From Duganella sp. (GTDB lineage: Bacteria; Pseudomonadota; Gammaproteobacteria; Burkholderiales; Burkholderiaceae_D), in assembly GCA_040508835.1 (NCBI GenBank), contig JBEVMD010000095.1, positions 1-47,620 of the forward strand: a DNA stretch of 47,620 nt, in the 5' to 3' direction. The notes under the pieces were generated by a model. It saw only the letters and a list, made by a program, of their open reading frames with translations. It was not told where the DNA came from and did no database searches. The first letter of the stretch is position 1. The number at the start of each line of letters is the position of its first letter. The position numbers and the translations under genes are program-made. Below, one piece after another: positions 1 through 9,669 of the stretch.

Positions 1-94
1 AAAATGGCGTTTCGGGCGCCGGGGCAAGCAGCATTCCCCCGCAGCGCCAACCTGCTGTAAACTACCGCATCGTCCCCACACCAAAGCCGAACCC

Positions 95-661
95 ATGCGT
101 ATGCGCGTCTTAGCCTCCATCCTCGCCTTGCCCTTGCCCCTGCTGCTGACCGCCTGCGGCGACACCTACAAACCGGTCGACGTCTACATGGCCGCCACGC
201 CCGAGTGCAAGGACTGGCAGGAAAGCTCGCGCTTCGACCTGCCGCGCGGCATCAGCATTTCCACCACGCCGCCCGTCACCCTGGAAGGCGGCGGCGCCGA
301 GTTCACGTTCGTGTATTTCGTGCCGCGCGGCGAGCGCGCCCGTTTCCTCTCGCGCGATTACAACATCACCGCGCCGCGCGGCGCCGTCATCACCAAGGCC
401 GAACTGGTCACGTTCTACCAGCGCGCCACCAACTCGCGCGCCGAAATCGTGGACGTGATACCCAAGGTGCCCGACATGCTGGTGGCCGGCGCCACCAGCG
501 ATGAAACCATCTGGCGCGTGCGCCTGCGCGTCAAGGAAAAACTGCCGCAGCGGTTCGACGTCGTGCCGCCCCCGTTCGAGATTGCGCTGACCGAATACCC
601 GATGCGCACGTTCACCTATCGCTACTTCCCCGAGCGCAAGGCATTCGGGCTGTGCCGATAA
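95..661 (+). CDS. Hypothetical lipoprotein
   Basis: Basic N-terminus, hydrophobic stretch and lipobox LTAC-G. Ends just before a bidirectional terminator. No family recognised. Confidence 0.75.
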   Translation: MRMRVLASILALPLPLLLTACGDTYKPVDVYMAATPECKDWQESSRFDLPRGISISTTPPVTLEGGGAEFTFVYFVPRGERARFLSRDYNITAPRGAVITKAELVTFYQRATNSRAEIVDVIPKVPDMLVAGATSDETIWRVRLRVKEKLPQRFDVVPPPFEIALTEYPMRTFTYRYFPERKAFGLCR

Positions 662-687
662 GGTCGGACCGTTCGGTGTGCAGCCAT

Positions 688-718
688 AAAAAAAACCGGT
701 CGCGTGACCGGTTTTTTT
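688..718. terminator. Bidirectional rho-independent terminator
   Basis: A8-CCGGTC-gcgt-GACCGG-T7 between two convergent genes. Confidence 0.9.
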
Positions 719-734
719 ATGAGGAAGAGCTGGC

Positions 735-1301
735 TTACCTGGACGGTTCGGCCGGCGCGGCCGGTTTGGCCGGTTCGTCGCCGGCAGCGGCCGGTGCTGC
801 CGGCGCTTCCGGTTCCTTGAACTTGGCGCCGGACTGGTTGGCCATGAAGACCACGGCGCGCGCGACTTCCACGTCGTCCAGGTCGGGATTGCCGCCCTTG
901 GCGGGCATGGCGCGCAAGCCTTCGATGGCGTGCTTGACGATGGTGTCGTAGCCTTGCGCAATGCGTGCCGACCAGCTGCCGGCGTCGCCCATCTTGGGCG
1001 CCCCCGCCACGCCCGCGCCATGGCAGGCCGAGCAGGTGGAATTGTAGATGGCGTCGCCAGCCTGCAGTACCTTGGGCGCGTTCACATCCTTGAAGGTAAA
1101 GCCGGTGTCGGCCACGGGCGCGAGGCGAGCGGCGATTTCTTCGGGCGCCTGGCTGTTGGAGCCGGCGCCGGTGAGCTTGTCGGTGGTGACGTACTGGACC
1201 AGCAGGATGATGCCAATCACCGTCACCAGGAAAAAGCCGACCACGGCGCCGATGAGTTGTTTAGGGGTGGTAATGATGGATTCGTTGTGTGCGTCGCTCA
1301 T
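735..1301 (-). CDS. Cytochrome c5 family protein, membrane-anchored monoheme
   Basis: N-terminal TM helix, CSACH heme motif, GAPKMGD and AMPAKGG class Ib motifs. Start moved to MSDAHNES at 1301, which has AAGGA upstream. Confidence 0.9.
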   Translation of the reverse strand: MSDAHNESIITTPKQLIGAVVGFFLVTVIGIILLVQYVTTDKLTGAGSNSQAPEEIAARLAPVADTGFTFKDVNAPKVLQAGDAIYNSTCSACHGAGVAGAPKMGDAGSWSARIAQGYDTIVKHAIEGLRAMPAKGGNPDLDDVEVARAVVFMANQSGAKFKEPEAPAAPAAAGDEPAKPAAPAEPSR

Positions 1302-1497
1302 GATGTCCTTGAAGTCTGTGCCGGGTTGCGTGCCGAAAAAACCGATCGGGCTGCCTTGCAAAACCTGTATCAATCGGCCGATTATAGGCGCAAAAAACAG
1401 CGCAGGGAAACATCCAACATGGTTAAAACGACACGCACCGATGGACGCGCGCCGATAAAACCGGTATCCTACGGCACACCTCCAAGGTTCCCCCCGT

Positions 1498-1573
1498 GCG
1501 GCTGTAGCTCAGTGGATAGAGTATTGGCCTCCGAAGCCAAGGGTCGCTGGTTCGATTCCAGCCAGCCGCACCA
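1498..1573 (+). tRNA. tRNA-Arg (anticodon CCG)
   Basis: Acceptor stem GCGGCTG/CAGCCGC, TAGCTCAG D-arm, anticodon arm TTGGC-ctCCGaa-GCCAA, GGTTCGATTCC T-arm, encoded CCA; 76 nt. Confidence 0.97.
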
Positions 1574-1587
1574 GATTTATTCAATAA

Positions 1588-1661
1588 AATCAATGACTTA
1601 AGCTGTGCAATGCGATGCAGTATCGTGCAGAAAAGTGCAGCGTTTTGCACTTCACTTTGCA
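1588..1661. other. Putative attachment-site arm remnant: IHF site plus 10-bp-phased TGCA repeats
   Basis: AATCAATGACTTA (1588-1600) fits the IHF consensus WATCAANNNNTTR. TGCA occurs at 1606, 1616, 1626, 1636 and 1646, then at 1658. Lies immediately 3' of a tRNA in an AT-richer stretch. Confidence 0.6.
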
Positions 1662-2061
1662 AAAATTGTGCCCAGTTTGTGTTTCTCGATCTCATCGTCG
1701 CCTCCTGCGACTGGTGTCCATTTTCCGATTCCTCTGTCGAAGTAGCTGCATGTGAGTTTTCTCAACCGCAGAAGACCAAGAATTTTTTCGCTATTTTTGC
1801 GTTAGGTCAAAAAGGCTCTACATTGCTCACGTGTGGCATGGACTTGGATCAATGTACAGCGATAAGTGGTAGCAATTAACTATTCGGTCAGCGCGCTCGA
1901 TCATTGGCGCGCAGTCAATATTGCAATCGCGGAGGAAGGTGGAGATGGTGCGGCGTGCGCGCCATTGCTCCAGTTGCCGCCCACAGTGTTGCGCCGGTTC
2001 GCCGGTTCGCCGATTTGCCAGGGGCCATGGCTCAAGGCAAGGCCGTCACCATCATGCAACC

Positions 2062-2961
2062 TCACTGCTCAAACCCCCGCGCCACCGCCTCGCGCAAATA
2101 ATTGACAAACGACGCGATCCGCGACGACAGTGCCGTGTTGCGGTAGTACACCGCGTTGATCGGTTGCCGCACCTCGACCGTCTGCCGCACGAATAATTGC
2201 TGCAGGCGGCCGGACTGGCGGTCTGCGCGTGTCATGAAGTCCGACAGGCAGACGATGCCGGCGCCATCGAGCGCCAGCTGGCGCAGGGTTTCGCCGCTCG
2301 ACGAGCGGATGGCCGGTTCGATGTGCAGCAACTGGCCGTTGGCGTCCGCCAGCGGCCATTCGTTGAGCGACGCCGGCTGATTAAAACCGAGCAGCGCGTG
2401 GCGCGCCAGGTCCGCCACTTTTTTCGGTGTGCCGTGCTGGGCCAGGTACGCGGGCGTGGCCAGCACGCGGATGCGGCTGCTGGCAATCGGCGTAGCGTGC
2501 AGCGTGGAATCCTTCATGGGGCCGATGCGGATCGCCACGTCAGTGCGTCGTTCCAGCAGGTCGATGATGCCTTCGTTGCTGTTGAGGTCCAGTGCCACCT
2601 GCGGGTAACGCTCGCGGTAGCCGCGCACCAGCGGCACCACCACGTGCAGCATGAAGGGCGACGCCGCATCCACCCGCAGCAGGCCGGCGGCCGTGTGGCG
2701 CCGGGTGGACATTTGCTCTTCCGTCTGCTCGACGGCCGCGATGATGTCGCGCACCTGTTCCAGGTAGGCCTTGCCTTCTTCCGTCAGTTCGATGCGGCGC
2801 GTGGTCCGGCGCAACAGCGTGGTCTGCAGCTTTTCTTCGAGCCGGGTGAGGGTGCGGCTGGTGGCGGAAATGGTTTGCTCCAGCTGGCTGGCGGCGGCCG
2901 TGATCGAGCCGCCGTCCACCACGGCGGCAAACACCTGCATCTCGTCGAGTGTGGTTTTCAT
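2062..2961 (-). CDS. LysR-family regulator (YafC/DmlR-like)
   Basis: HTH motif (GSITAAASQL...LLRRTTRR) and LysR substrate-binding domain. Divergent from dkgB; yafC and dkgB are neighbours in enterobacteria. Confidence 0.92.
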   Translation of the reverse strand: MKTTLDEMQVFAAVVDGGSITAAASQLEQTISATSRTLTRLEEKLQTTLLRRTTRRIELTEEGKAYLEQVRDIIAAVEQTEEQMSTRRHTAAGLLRVDAASPFMLHVVVPLVRGYRERYPQVALDLNSNEGIIDLLERRTDVAIRIGPMKDSTLHATPIASSRIRVLATPAYLAQHGTPKKVADLARHALLGFNQPASLNEWPLADANGQLLHIEPAIRSSSGETLRQLALDGAGIVCLSDFMTRADRQSGRLQQLFVRQTVEVRQPINAVYYRNTALSSRIASFVNYLREAVARGFEQ

Positions 2962-3063
2962 ATTTTACAGAATATCAAATATCTTTCTCAGATTACCGGC
3001 TTATTCTGAAAAAGTATCGGGTGCACACTGGCCTTGTCAATTTTTCTCTACAAGGAGTTTCAG

Positions 3064-3867
3064 ATGAGCATACCCATGTTTGGCGTCGGCACGTTCCGCC
3101 TGCAAGGCCAGGTCGCGATCGATTCGGTCCGCAATGCCCTGGACGTCGGCTACCGCGCCATCGACACCGCTCAAATCTATGGCAACGAGGCGGAGGTGGG
3201 GCAGGCAATTGCCGCATCGGGCGTCAGTCGCAATGACCTGTTCCTCACCACCAAGATCTGGACCGCCCACTACGGCGCCGACCAGTTGATTCCCAGCCTC
3301 AAGGACAGCCTGGCCAAGCTGCGCACCGACCGGGTCGATCTGACCCTGATCCATTGGCCCGCGCCCGGCAACGGCGTGCCGCTGACCGAATTCATGGGCG
3401 CGCTGGCCGAGGCGAAGGCGCAAGGCTGGACCGCGCAGATCGGTGTCTCCAACTTCAATATCGCCCTGACCCGCGAGGCCATTGCGGCCGTGGGCAAGGA
3501 CGCGCTGGCCACCAACCAGATCGAGCTCAGCCCGTATCTGCAAAACCATGCGCTGACCGCCTTTCTGCAAGAACAGGGCATCCACGTGACGTCGTACATG
3601 ACGCTGGCCTACGGCAAGGTGCTGCAGGACGCCGTGATCCAGGATATCGCCCGCCGTCACGCCGCCACGCCGGCCCAGGTAGCGCTGGCATGGGCGCTGC
3701 AGCTCGGCTACTCGGTGATTCCGTCGTCCACCCGGCGCGAGAACCTGGCCAGCAACCTGCTGGCGCGCGACCTGCGCCTGACCGACGACGACCTGGCCCG
3801 CATTGGCGCGCTCGAGCGCAACGGCCGCGAAGTGAGCCCGGCCGGCCTGGCGCCGGTCTGGGATTGA
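3064..3867 (+). CDS. dkgB: Aldo/keto reductase, 2,5-didehydrogluconate reductase B-like
   Basis: [33 protein letters not shown] and [11 protein letters not shown] motifs. AAGGAG precedes the ATG at 3064. Confidence 0.88.
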   Translation: MSIPMFGVGTFRLQGQVAIDSVRNALDVGYRAIDTAQIYGNEAEVGQAIAASGVSRNDLFLTTKIWTAHYGADQLIPSLKDSLAKLRTDRVDLTLIHWPAPGNGVPLTEFMGALAEAKAQGWTAQIGVSNFNIALTREAIAAVGKDALATNQIELSPYLQNHALTAFLQEQGIHVTSYMTLAYGKVLQDAVIQDIARRHAATPAQVALAWALQLGYSVIPSSTRRENLASNLLARDLRLTDDDLARIGALERNGREVSPAGLAPVWD

Positions 3868-3955
3868 CCCACCTGTCGCACCATGCAATGGGGCGCCGCG
3901 TGCGCGCCGCCAGCGCCTGCAGCCCTCATTCATCTTGCCATCACCGGAGCACGCC

Positions 3956-4894
3956 ATGAAAAACATCGCTACCCTTGCCATCGCTGCGTCACTTGCCGCC
4001 GCGTTCACCATCACCGCCCAGGCCGCCGACTGGCCTGCCTCACCGTACGGCCCCAAGGATGAAATCGGCGCCGCCAACCTGCTCACGCCGGACCTGGTGC
4101 GCCAGGCCGTCAGCCTGGTCAAGACCGGCAAGACCTATCCGCTGGCCGTCCCCGTCAGCAAGGACTTGCCGGCCTTCCGCCACCGCAGCTTCAAGCTCTA
4201 CAACATCCAGCCGGGGCAGCAGGCGGGCCTGACGCAAGGTCCCAACAAGTTCACTTTTAACGACGAGCTGGCGGTGGCGTGGACCGGCGTGGGCACCCAG
4301 CTCAACGGGATCGGCCACATCGGCATCGACAACGTCTATTACAACGGCAACAAGGCTGCCGATTTCGTCACCGTGGAAGGCGTCAAAAAACTGGGCATGG
4401 AAAAAGTGCCGCCGATTGTCACCCGTGGCGTGGTGCTGGACATGACCGCCCGCTATGGCAAGGCCATCGTTCCCGGCGGCACCGAGTTCACGGTGGCCGA
4501 TCTCCAGGCCGTGCTCAAGCAACAGGGCGTGACGCTGCGCCGCGGCGACGTGGTGCTGTTCAACACGGGCTGGCTGGAGCTGATCGGCAAGGACGATAAA
4601 CAGTTCCTGGAGGTGGAGCCCGGCATCGGCATGGCCGCTGCGCGCTGGCTGGCCGACCAGGGCATCGTGGCGTTCGGCGGCGACACGTGGGCGTCGGAGG
4701 TGTATCCCAATCCCAGCGGCGAGGAATTCCCCGTCAACCAGTTCATGCTGGCGCAACGCGGCATCTACAACCTGGAGCTGATCGACAGCCGGGCCCTGGT
4801 GCGCGACAAGGCGTGGGAATTCCTGTTCGTGCTGGGCCAGCCGCTGTACGTCGGGTCCACCCAGGTCAACGTCAATCCGGTAGCGATACGCTGA
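3956..4894 (+). CDS. Secreted cyclase-family (kynurenine formamidase-like) protein
   Basis: Signal peptide ending AQA, DEIGAANLL, GTQLNGIGH, TRGVVLD, GDVVLFNTGW, PGIG and GIYNLE motifs. Confidence 0.85.
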   Translation: MKNIATLAIAASLAAAFTITAQAADWPASPYGPKDEIGAANLLTPDLVRQAVSLVKTGKTYPLAVPVSKDLPAFRHRSFKLYNIQPGQQAGLTQGPNKFTFNDELAVAWTGVGTQLNGIGHIGIDNVYYNGNKAADFVTVEGVKKLGMEKVPPIVTRGVVLDMTARYGKAIVPGGTEFTVADLQAVLKQQGVTLRRGDVVLFNTGWLELIGKDDKQFLEVEPGIGMAAARWLADQGIVAFGGDTWASEVYPNPSGEEFPVNQFMLAQRGIYNLELIDSRALVRDKAWEFLFVLGQPLYVGSTQVNVNPVAIR

Positions 4895-4949
4895 TCGAAA
4901 AACCGGCGTTAGGCGGCCTCTGCAACGGCGTTTACCGAATCCGCTACAC

Positions 4950-4970
4950 AATTGTGGAGTTTCTGTGAAG
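4950..4970. promoter_or_regulatory. Candidate OmpR/AdeR-type direct-repeat binding site
   Basis: AATTGTGGAG-T-TTCTGTGAAG, an 11-bp-period direct repeat upstream of the BaeSR-like genes. Resembles the AdeR repeat AAGTGTGGAG. Confidence 0.45.
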
Positions 4971-5031
4971 AATCATTAGCCTGCAATGGTGCACGCTTGT
5001 GGTGCACCGTTGCTCGTGGCTAAATAGCCCG

Positions 5032-6447
5032 ATGGTTAAAATCGGTATCACCGCCCGCTTGTTCTTATCGCTGTTGATTGTCAGCGTGCTCACGGCTGTC
5101 GGTGTGGGCCTGGGCACGCGCTGGAGTTTTCAGCGCGGCTTCCAGGGGTACCTGAACGAGGTCGAATCGCGCCGCATGGAAGCGATGGCGGTCGAGCTGG
5201 CCCAGGCCTACGAAGAAAACGGCCACAACTGGCAGTTCATGCGCAACAACCGCGTGGCGTGGGAGCGCACCACGGGCGCCATCGGGCGCGAACGCGCCAC
5301 CTCTCCCCGCATTGGCGGCGACTCCATCTATTACTCGGTACCGGACAAAGCGCCGCGCCGCCTGGGCCTGTTCGACATGCAGGGCAACCACCTGGCCGGC
5401 AACCTGCAAACGGGCGAGACCTTGCGTTACCAGCCGGTGGTCGTGGACGGCGTCCCGGTCGCCACCCTGGTCGGCGCGCCGCTGCGCGGCCTGCAGGAAG
5501 AGGCGGAAAACGGCTTCCTGCTGCAACAGCAGCGCGACAGCGTGCTGATCGGTCTGGCGACGCTGGTGCTGGCCGCGCTGGCGGCCATGCTGTTGGCGCG
5601 CAGCTTTGTCGCGCCCACGCGGCGCCTGATCCAGGCGGCCGCCAAGGTTGCCGCCGGCGACTATGCGGTGCGGGTGCCGGTCGGCCATCGCCACGAGCTG
5701 GGCACGCTGGCCCACAATTTTAATATCATGGCCGCCACGCTCGAGAGCAACGAAGCGCTGCGCCGCCATTTCATGGCCGATCTGTCGCACGAGCTGCGCA
5801 CGCCGTTGTCCGTATTGCAGGCCCAGCTGGAGGCGATGGAAGACGGCCTGGAGCCGACTGACGCCAACAGCCTGGCGCTGTTGCAGGACGAGGTGGCCAC
5901 GCTGGCGCGGCTGGTCGAGGACATGCGCCAGATCACCCTGTCCGAGGTGGGCGCGTTCGGTTACCAGCGCGAGCCGCTCGACCTGGGCGCCCTGCTCGAA
6001 AGCGAACTGAACAAATGGCGCGAACCGCTGGCGCAGGCCGGCATGACGGTCGAATCAGGGATGCTGCCGCAGGTGACCGTGGAGGGTGACACGATCCGCC
6101 TGCGCCAGCTGCTGCGCAACATCTTCAACAACGCGCTGCGCCACGCCGAAGGCGCGACCGCGCTGCGCATCGGACTGGCGATCCACCGCCAGCAAGCCGT
6201 ACTGACCATTGCCGACAACGGCCAGGGCGTCTCGGACGCTGCCCTGCCCATGTTGTTCGAGCGCTTCTGGCGCGGCGACACGGCGCGCACCCGCGCCACC
6301 GGCGGCAGCGGCCTGGGCCTGTCGATCTGCCGCAGCATCGTGACCGCCCACGGCGGCGACCTCAGCGCCGAACATGCCCAGGCCGATACCCCGCCGCGCG
6401 GCTTGCAGGTGCGCATCATCTTGCCGCTGGCACGGGCGCAGCAATGA
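5032..6447 (+). CDS. baeS: BaeS-like sensor histidine kinase
   Basis: GITARLFL...FQRGF...NWQFMRNN BaeS-like N-terminus, two TM helices, HAMP domain, ADLSHELRTPL H-box, GGSGLGL G2 box. Confidence 0.8.
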   Translation: MVKIGITARLFLSLLIVSVLTAVGVGLGTRWSFQRGFQGYLNEVESRRMEAMAVELAQAYEENGHNWQFMRNNRVAWERTTGAIGRERATSPRIGGDSIYYSVPDKAPRRLGLFDMQGNHLAGNLQTGETLRYQPVVVDGVPVATLVGAPLRGLQEEAENGFLLQQQRDSVLIGLATLVLAALAAMLLARSFVAPTRRLIQAAAKVAAGDYAVRVPVGHRHELGTLAHNFNIMAATLESNEALRRHFMADLSHELRTPLSVLQAQLEAMEDGLEPTDANSLALLQDEVATLARLVEDMRQITLSEVGAFGYQREPLDLGALLESELNKWREPLAQAGMTVESGMLPQVTVEGDTIRLRQLLRNIFNNALRHAEGATALRIGLAIHRQQAVLTIADNGQGVSDAALPMLFERFWRGDTARTRATGGSGLGLSICRSIVTAHGGDLSAEHAQADTPPRGLQVRIILPLARAQQ

Positions 6448-7124
6448 TCGCCCAGCACATCCTGATCGTGGAAGACGAGCAGCGCCTGGCGCGCCTGCTG
6501 GTCAGCTACCTGCAGGCGGGCGGCTACCGCGTCACGGCCCAGCACGACGGCCTGGCGGTGCAGGCCACCGTGGCCGCTGGCGACGTCGACCTGATCCTGC
6601 TGGACTGGATGTTGCCCGGCATGGACGGCCTCACGCTCTGCCGCGCGCTGCGCGCTTCCAGCGACATTCCCATCATCATGATGACGGCCCGCGCCCAGGA
6701 GGAGGACCGCCTGGACGGCCTTGACGGCGGCGCCGACGATTACATCTGCAAGCCCTTCAGCCCGCGCGAAGTGGTGGCCCGCGTGCGCGCGGTGTTGCGC
6801 CGCCGGCCGGCGGGCACGCCTCAGCCGGGCTTGCAGATCGACGAGCAGGGCGTACGCGCCTACCTGAACGGCGCCGAATTGCCGCTCACGCCGGTGGAAT
6901 TTCGCCTGCTCAAACTGTTGCGCGATGCGCCCGGTAAAGCCTTGTCACGCGATGACTTGCGCACCGGCGTGTACGAGGACCGGCGCATCGTGCATGACCG
7001 CACGATCGACACGCATGTCAAGAACCTGCGCCGGAAGCTGGAGGAGGCTGGCCTGGCTGAAGCGATTTCAGCCGTTTATGGGGTCGGTTATCGATGGGAG
7101 GCGCGCAGTGCGCGTCAACCTTGA
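6444..7124 (+). CDS. baeR: OmpR-family response regulator (BaeR-like)
   Basis: REC domain (ILIVEDE, LLDWMLPG, KPFSPRE) plus winged helix (LTPVEFRLL, DRTIDTHVKNLRRKL, VYGVGYR). ATGA overlap with the kinase. Confidence 0.82.
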   Translation: MIAQHILIVEDEQRLARLLVSYLQAGGYRVTAQHDGLAVQATVAAGDVDLILLDWMLPGMDGLTLCRALRASSDIPIIMMTARAQEEDRLDGLDGGADDYICKPFSPREVVARVRAVLRRRPAGTPQPGLQIDEQGVRAYLNGAELPLTPVEFRLLKLLRDAPGKALSRDDLRTGVYEDRRIVHDRTIDTHVKNLRRKLEEAGLAEAISAVYGVGYRWEARSARQP

Positions 7125-7143
7125 TTTAATAAAGGAGTAAACA

Positions 7144-7872
7144 ATGTCTGATGACAACCAGTCGCGGTCGCGGCGCAGCCTGATCAAGAGCATGGTCTTC
7201 ATACCCATGGGCGTGGCCGGTGCGGCCGGGGCCGTGCGCGCCCTGCAGCCGGCCAACGCGGCCGACGCCAACCAGCCCGAGGGCAAGCCGAACGAATACA
7301 AACCGTCGTTCTTCAACGCCAACGAATGGCGCTTCCTGGGCGCTGCCGTCGACCGCCTGATCCCGCACGACGAACACGGCCCCGGCGGCATCGAATCGGG
7401 CGTGCTGGAATTCCTCGACCGCCACATGCAAACCCCGTACGCGGCCGGCGACATCTGGTATATGCAGGGCCCGTACCTGAAGGCCGCGCCGGAATTCGGC
7501 TACCAGGGCAAGCTGGCGCTGCGCGACATCCTGCGCGTGGGCATCAAGGCGTTCGACGGTTACGTCACCAGCCAGAACCCGGGCAAGGTATTTGCCGACC
7601 TCGACAAAAAAGCCCAGGAAGACCTGCTCAAGGCGGCCGAAAAGGGCGACCTGAAGTGGGAAGACATTTCGTCGAAACTGTTCTTCTCGAACCTGCTCAC
7701 GGAAACCCGCAACGGTTATTTTGCCGACCCCAAGCACGGCGGCAACAAGAACATGGGCGCCTGGAAAATGATCGGCTACCCCGGCATGCGCGCGGACTAC
7801 CTCGACTGGGTCGAGGTGCGCGACAAGCCATATCCGATAGGACCGGTTGATTTAGCAGGCCGTCGTGGATAA
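7144..7872 (+). CDS. Gluconate 2-dehydrogenase subunit 3 (gamma), Tat-exported
   Basis: SRRSLIK Tat motif; RLIPHDEHGPG, YMQGP and FADPKHGGNKNMGAWKMIGYPG family motifs; AAGGAG RBS. Confidence 0.92.
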   Translation: MSDDNQSRSRRSLIKSMVFIPMGVAGAAGAVRALQPANAADANQPEGKPNEYKPSFFNANEWRFLGAAVDRLIPHDEHGPGGIESGVLEFLDRHMQTPYAAGDIWYMQGPYLKAAPEFGYQGKLALRDILRVGIKAFDGYVTSQNPGKVFADLDKKAQEDLLKAAEKGDLKWEDISSKLFFSNLLTETRNGYFADPKHGGNKNMGAWKMIGYPGMRADYLDWVEVRDKPYPIGPVDLAGRRG

Positions 7873-7884
7873 CAGAGGAAAACA

Positions 7885-9660
7885 ATGAGCATCGTAAAAA
7901 ACAAAGTAGACGCCGTCATCGTCGGCGCCGGCTGGACCGGCGCCATCATGGCCAAGGAACTCACGGATGCGGGCCTGTCCGTGGTGATCCTCGAACGCGG
8001 TCCCGACCGCGATACGCAACCCGACTTCGCCTACCCGCGCGTGGTCGACGAACTGGAAGGTTCGGTCCACCGCAAGTACCTGCAATCGCTGGCCAAGGAA
8101 ACCGTCACCGCGCGCCACAGCGTCAATGACGTGGCCGTGCCTTACCGCCAGATGGGTTCGTTCAAGCCCGGCACCGGCGTCGGTGGCGCGGGATCGCACT
8201 GGTCGGGCGCGCACTTCCGCGCCCTGCCCGAGGATTTCAAGGTGCGCAGCAACCTGGAACAGCGCTACGGCAAGAAATTCATTCCCGCCAACATGACGGT
8301 GCAGGATTTCCCGGTCACCTATGAAGAACTGGAACCGCACTTCGAACACTTCGAATACGTGTGCGGCACGTCCGGCAAGGCGGGTGTGGTCAACGGCCAG
8401 ATCATCGCCGGCGGCAACCCGTTCGAAGGCTCGCGCAAGAAGGACTATCCGCTGGGACCGAACCCCAACTACCTGGGCGCCGAATGGTTTTACAAGGCCG
8501 CCAAGGAAAAGGGTTACAACGCATATCCGATTCCCGCTTCCAATGCGTCCGGCGTGTACACCAACCTGTACGGCTGCCAGATGGGTCCGTGCAATGCGTG
8601 CGGCTTCTGCTCCGATTACGGCTGCCTCAACTACTCGAAAGCCAGCCCCAACATCTGCATCTTCCCGGTATTAAAGGGTCGCAAGAATTTCGAGATGCGC
8701 ACGCTGGCGCAGGTGCTCAAGGTGAATCTGACCGGCGACAAGAAGAAGGCCACCGGCGTCACGTACCTCGATGCGCAGGGCCGCGAAACCGAACAGCCGG
8801 CGGACCTGGTGCTGCTGTGCGCGTTCTCGCTGTTCAACGTGCACATGATGCTGGTGTCGGGCATCGGCACGCCGTACGATCCGGCCACCAGGACCGGCAC
8901 CGTGGGCCGCAACTACTCGTACCAGAACCTGAACCGCGTCGTGATGTTCTACGATAAAACCGTCAACGCCAACCCGTTCATCGGCATCGGCGGCGGCGGC
9001 GCCACGTTCGACGATTTGAACGGCAACCGCAACGACAGCGCCAAGACCGGCTACATCGGCGGCGGCATCATCTGGGCGCGCCAGCCGGGCGCCGGTCCCG
9101 TGCGCGGCATCCAGACCGAGCCGGGCGTGCCGAACTGGGGCAGCGCCTGGAAAAAGGGCGTCAAGGATTCGTTCCTGCACTCGTTCTACTACGAGGTGCA
9201 AGGTTCGTGCATGTCGTACGACGATGCCTACCTCGATCTCGACCCGACCTACAAGGATGCGTTCGGCCGTCCGCTGCTGCGCATGACCTTTGACTGGCAC
9301 GACAACGAAGTGAAGGCGTCGCAATACCTGGTCGAAAAAGCCACCGACATGTGCAAGGTGCTGGGACCGAAGGCGATGAAGGGCGACGCCAAGAAGGACG
9401 GCTCGCACTACAACATCACCCAGTACCAGTCCACCCACACCTGCGGCGGCGCCATCATGGGCAGCGATCCGAAGACCTCGGCGCTGAACCGCTATCTGCA
9501 GTCGTGGGACGTGTCGAACGTGTTTGCGCCCGGCGCCAACGCCTTCCCGCAGAACAACGGCTACAACCCGACCGGCATGGTCGGCGCGTTGACGTACTGG
9601 GCCGCCACGGCCATCCGCGAGCTGTATTTGAAGAACCCCGGCCCGCTGGTCCAGGCTTAA
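7885..9660 (+). CDS. Gluconate 2-dehydrogenase flavoprotein subunit (GMC oxidoreductase)
   Basis: GAGWTG dinucleotide motif, GVGGAGSHWSG covalent-FAD His region, CNACGFC cysteine cluster, YQSTH and YNPT motifs. Confidence 0.92.
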   Translation: MSIVKNKVDAVIVGAGWTGAIMAKELTDAGLSVVILERGPDRDTQPDFAYPRVVDELEGSVHRKYLQSLAKETVTARHSVNDVAVPYRQMGSFKPGTGVGGAGSHWSGAHFRALPEDFKVRSNLEQRYGKKFIPANMTVQDFPVTYEELEPHFEHFEYVCGTSGKAGVVNGQIIAGGNPFEGSRKKDYPLGPNPNYLGAEWFYKAAKEKGYNAYPIPASNASGVYTNLYGCQMGPCNACGFCSDYGCLNYSKASPNICIFPVLKGRKNFEMRTLAQVLKVNLTGDKKKATGVTYLDAQGRETEQPADLVLLCAFSLFNVHMMLVSGIGTPYDPATRTGTVGRNYSYQNLNRVVMFYDKTVNANPFIGIGGGGATFDDLNGNRNDSAKTGYIGGGIIWARQPGAGPVRGIQTEPGVPNWGSAWKKGVKDSFLHSFYYEVQGSCMSYDDAYLDLDPTYKDAFGRPLLRMTFDWHDNEVKASQYLVEKATDMCKVLGPKAMKGDAKKDGSHYNITQYQSTHTCGGAIMGSDPKTSALNRYLQSWDVSNVFAPGANAFPQNNGYNPTGMVGALTYWAATAIRELYLKNPGPLVQA

Positions 9661-9669
9661 GGAGCGCCC

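Noticed and set aside
1423-2196. Several short ORFs around and after the tRNA
   Set aside because: They overlap the tRNA or the LysR gene, or lie in the scar region. No motifs or convincing RBS. A decayed gene remnant cannot be excluded.
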